A stretch of 64,000 bases of DNA. Source: Sphingobacteriales bacterium (GTDB taxonomy: Bacteria; Bacteroidota; Bacteroidia; NS11-12g; UBA9320). Shown here piece by piece: positions 63,556 through 64,000 of the stretch (positions are counted from its first letter, which is position 1; every line of letters begins with the position of its first letter). The stretch covers positions 1,371,233 through 1,435,232 of the forward strand of contig CP121331.1 in NCBI GenBank assembly GCA_043511425.1, written 5' to 3'. The notes under the pieces were generated by a model. The model saw only the letters and a program-made list of their open reading frames with translations, had not been told where the DNA came from and did no database searches. Position numbers and translations under genes: made by a program.

Positions 63556-64000
63556 ATGAATAAAAGAATTAATATTTTTATAACCATTGCATTATTTTCT
63601 ATTAATATGAGTGCGCAAACAAGTTACCCATCAGTAGAAAAAGGGCTCTCTTTTAAATCTGAAGATGAAAAAGTGAAAATGGGACTTTCTTTTCGTGTTC
63701 AGAGTCTTGCTTCTTACCAAAATAATATCGATGGAACAGACGGAGACATGAAAGCGATGGTAAGAAGAATGAGACTCAAATCAAAAGGTTACATCTACAA
63801 CCCAAAGTTTGAATACAAGCTAGAGTTAGCCCTGAGTAATAGAGACCAAGGAAACTCAAGCGATGCAGCTCAAGTAAGTAATGGTTCTAAAATAGTTCTT
63901 GATGCGGTACTAAAATACCATTTAGGTAAAAGTCAACAAATATGGTTTGGACAGACCAAGCTACCGGGAAACAGAGAGCGAGTAGTATCTTCAATGGCTC
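63556..64000 (+). CDS. Outer-membrane porin (phosphate-selective OprO/P-like), 3'-truncated by window end
   Basis: ATG 63556, signal peptide MNKRINIFITIALFSINMSAQ, open to window end. Confidence 0.4.
   Translation, partial: MNKRINIFITIALFSINMSAQTSYPSVEKGLSFKSEDEKVKMGLSFRVQSLASYQNNIDGTDGDMKAMVRRMRLKSKGYIYNPKFEYKLELALSNRDQGNSSDAAQVSNGSKIVLDAVLKYHLGKSQQIWFGQTKLPGNRERVVSSMA

Overview
This 64-kb window looks like a chromosomal segment from a Flavobacteriia-type Bacteroidetes genome. The evidence is AT-rich sequence, a T9SS C-terminal sorting domain, TAnnTTTG '-7'-type promoter motifs, an L31 type B gene and an rpmB-rpmG-DUF4295-ftsY cluster. Most of the window is housekeeping: M61 peptidase, OYE reductase, icd, an HDAC-family enzyme, rpsA, an EVE-pyrR-pyrB-asparaginase operon, gyrB, pfkA, lon, hisS, rpmE2, tpiA, an OmpA/TSP3 protein, bshC, rimO, ftsY, dnaX, rpsF-rpsR-rplI, dnaA and typA. 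No rRNA, tRNA, CRISPR array, transposase or integrase was found. Two accessory islets stand out. The first (about 2.2-5.1 kb) carries an Mrr-like wHTH + PD-(D/E)xK nuclease and a secreted DUF4886/SGNH-like T9SS cargo protein, each interrupted by a single in-frame TAA, plus an orphan gene fragment. The second (about 6.3-9.9 kb) carries an overlapping HipA-like kinase / DUF3037 gene pair. A roughly 1.9-kb cassette of unknown function appears to have been inserted into the 3' end of the DUF3037 gene. It is bracketed by a 108-bp direct repeat (about 85% identical) that consists of two diverged copies of the DUF3037 3' end, an attL/attR-like signature. A striking global feature is the number of broken reading frames: lon (TAA plus a 1-bp deletion), ftsY (a 1-bp insertion in the P-loop), a TRIC/UPF0126 channel (poly-A frameshift), a MacB/FtsX-like permease (two frameshifts), the Mrr-like and DUF4886 genes (TAA), and dnaX. 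In dnaX an A10 tract sits exactly at the gamma/tau junction, so the in-frame product is a gamma-like 375-aa protein and a one-A slip restores full-length tau. From sequence alone I cannot tell whether these are assembly indel errors, real pseudogenes, or in the dnaX case programmed slippage.
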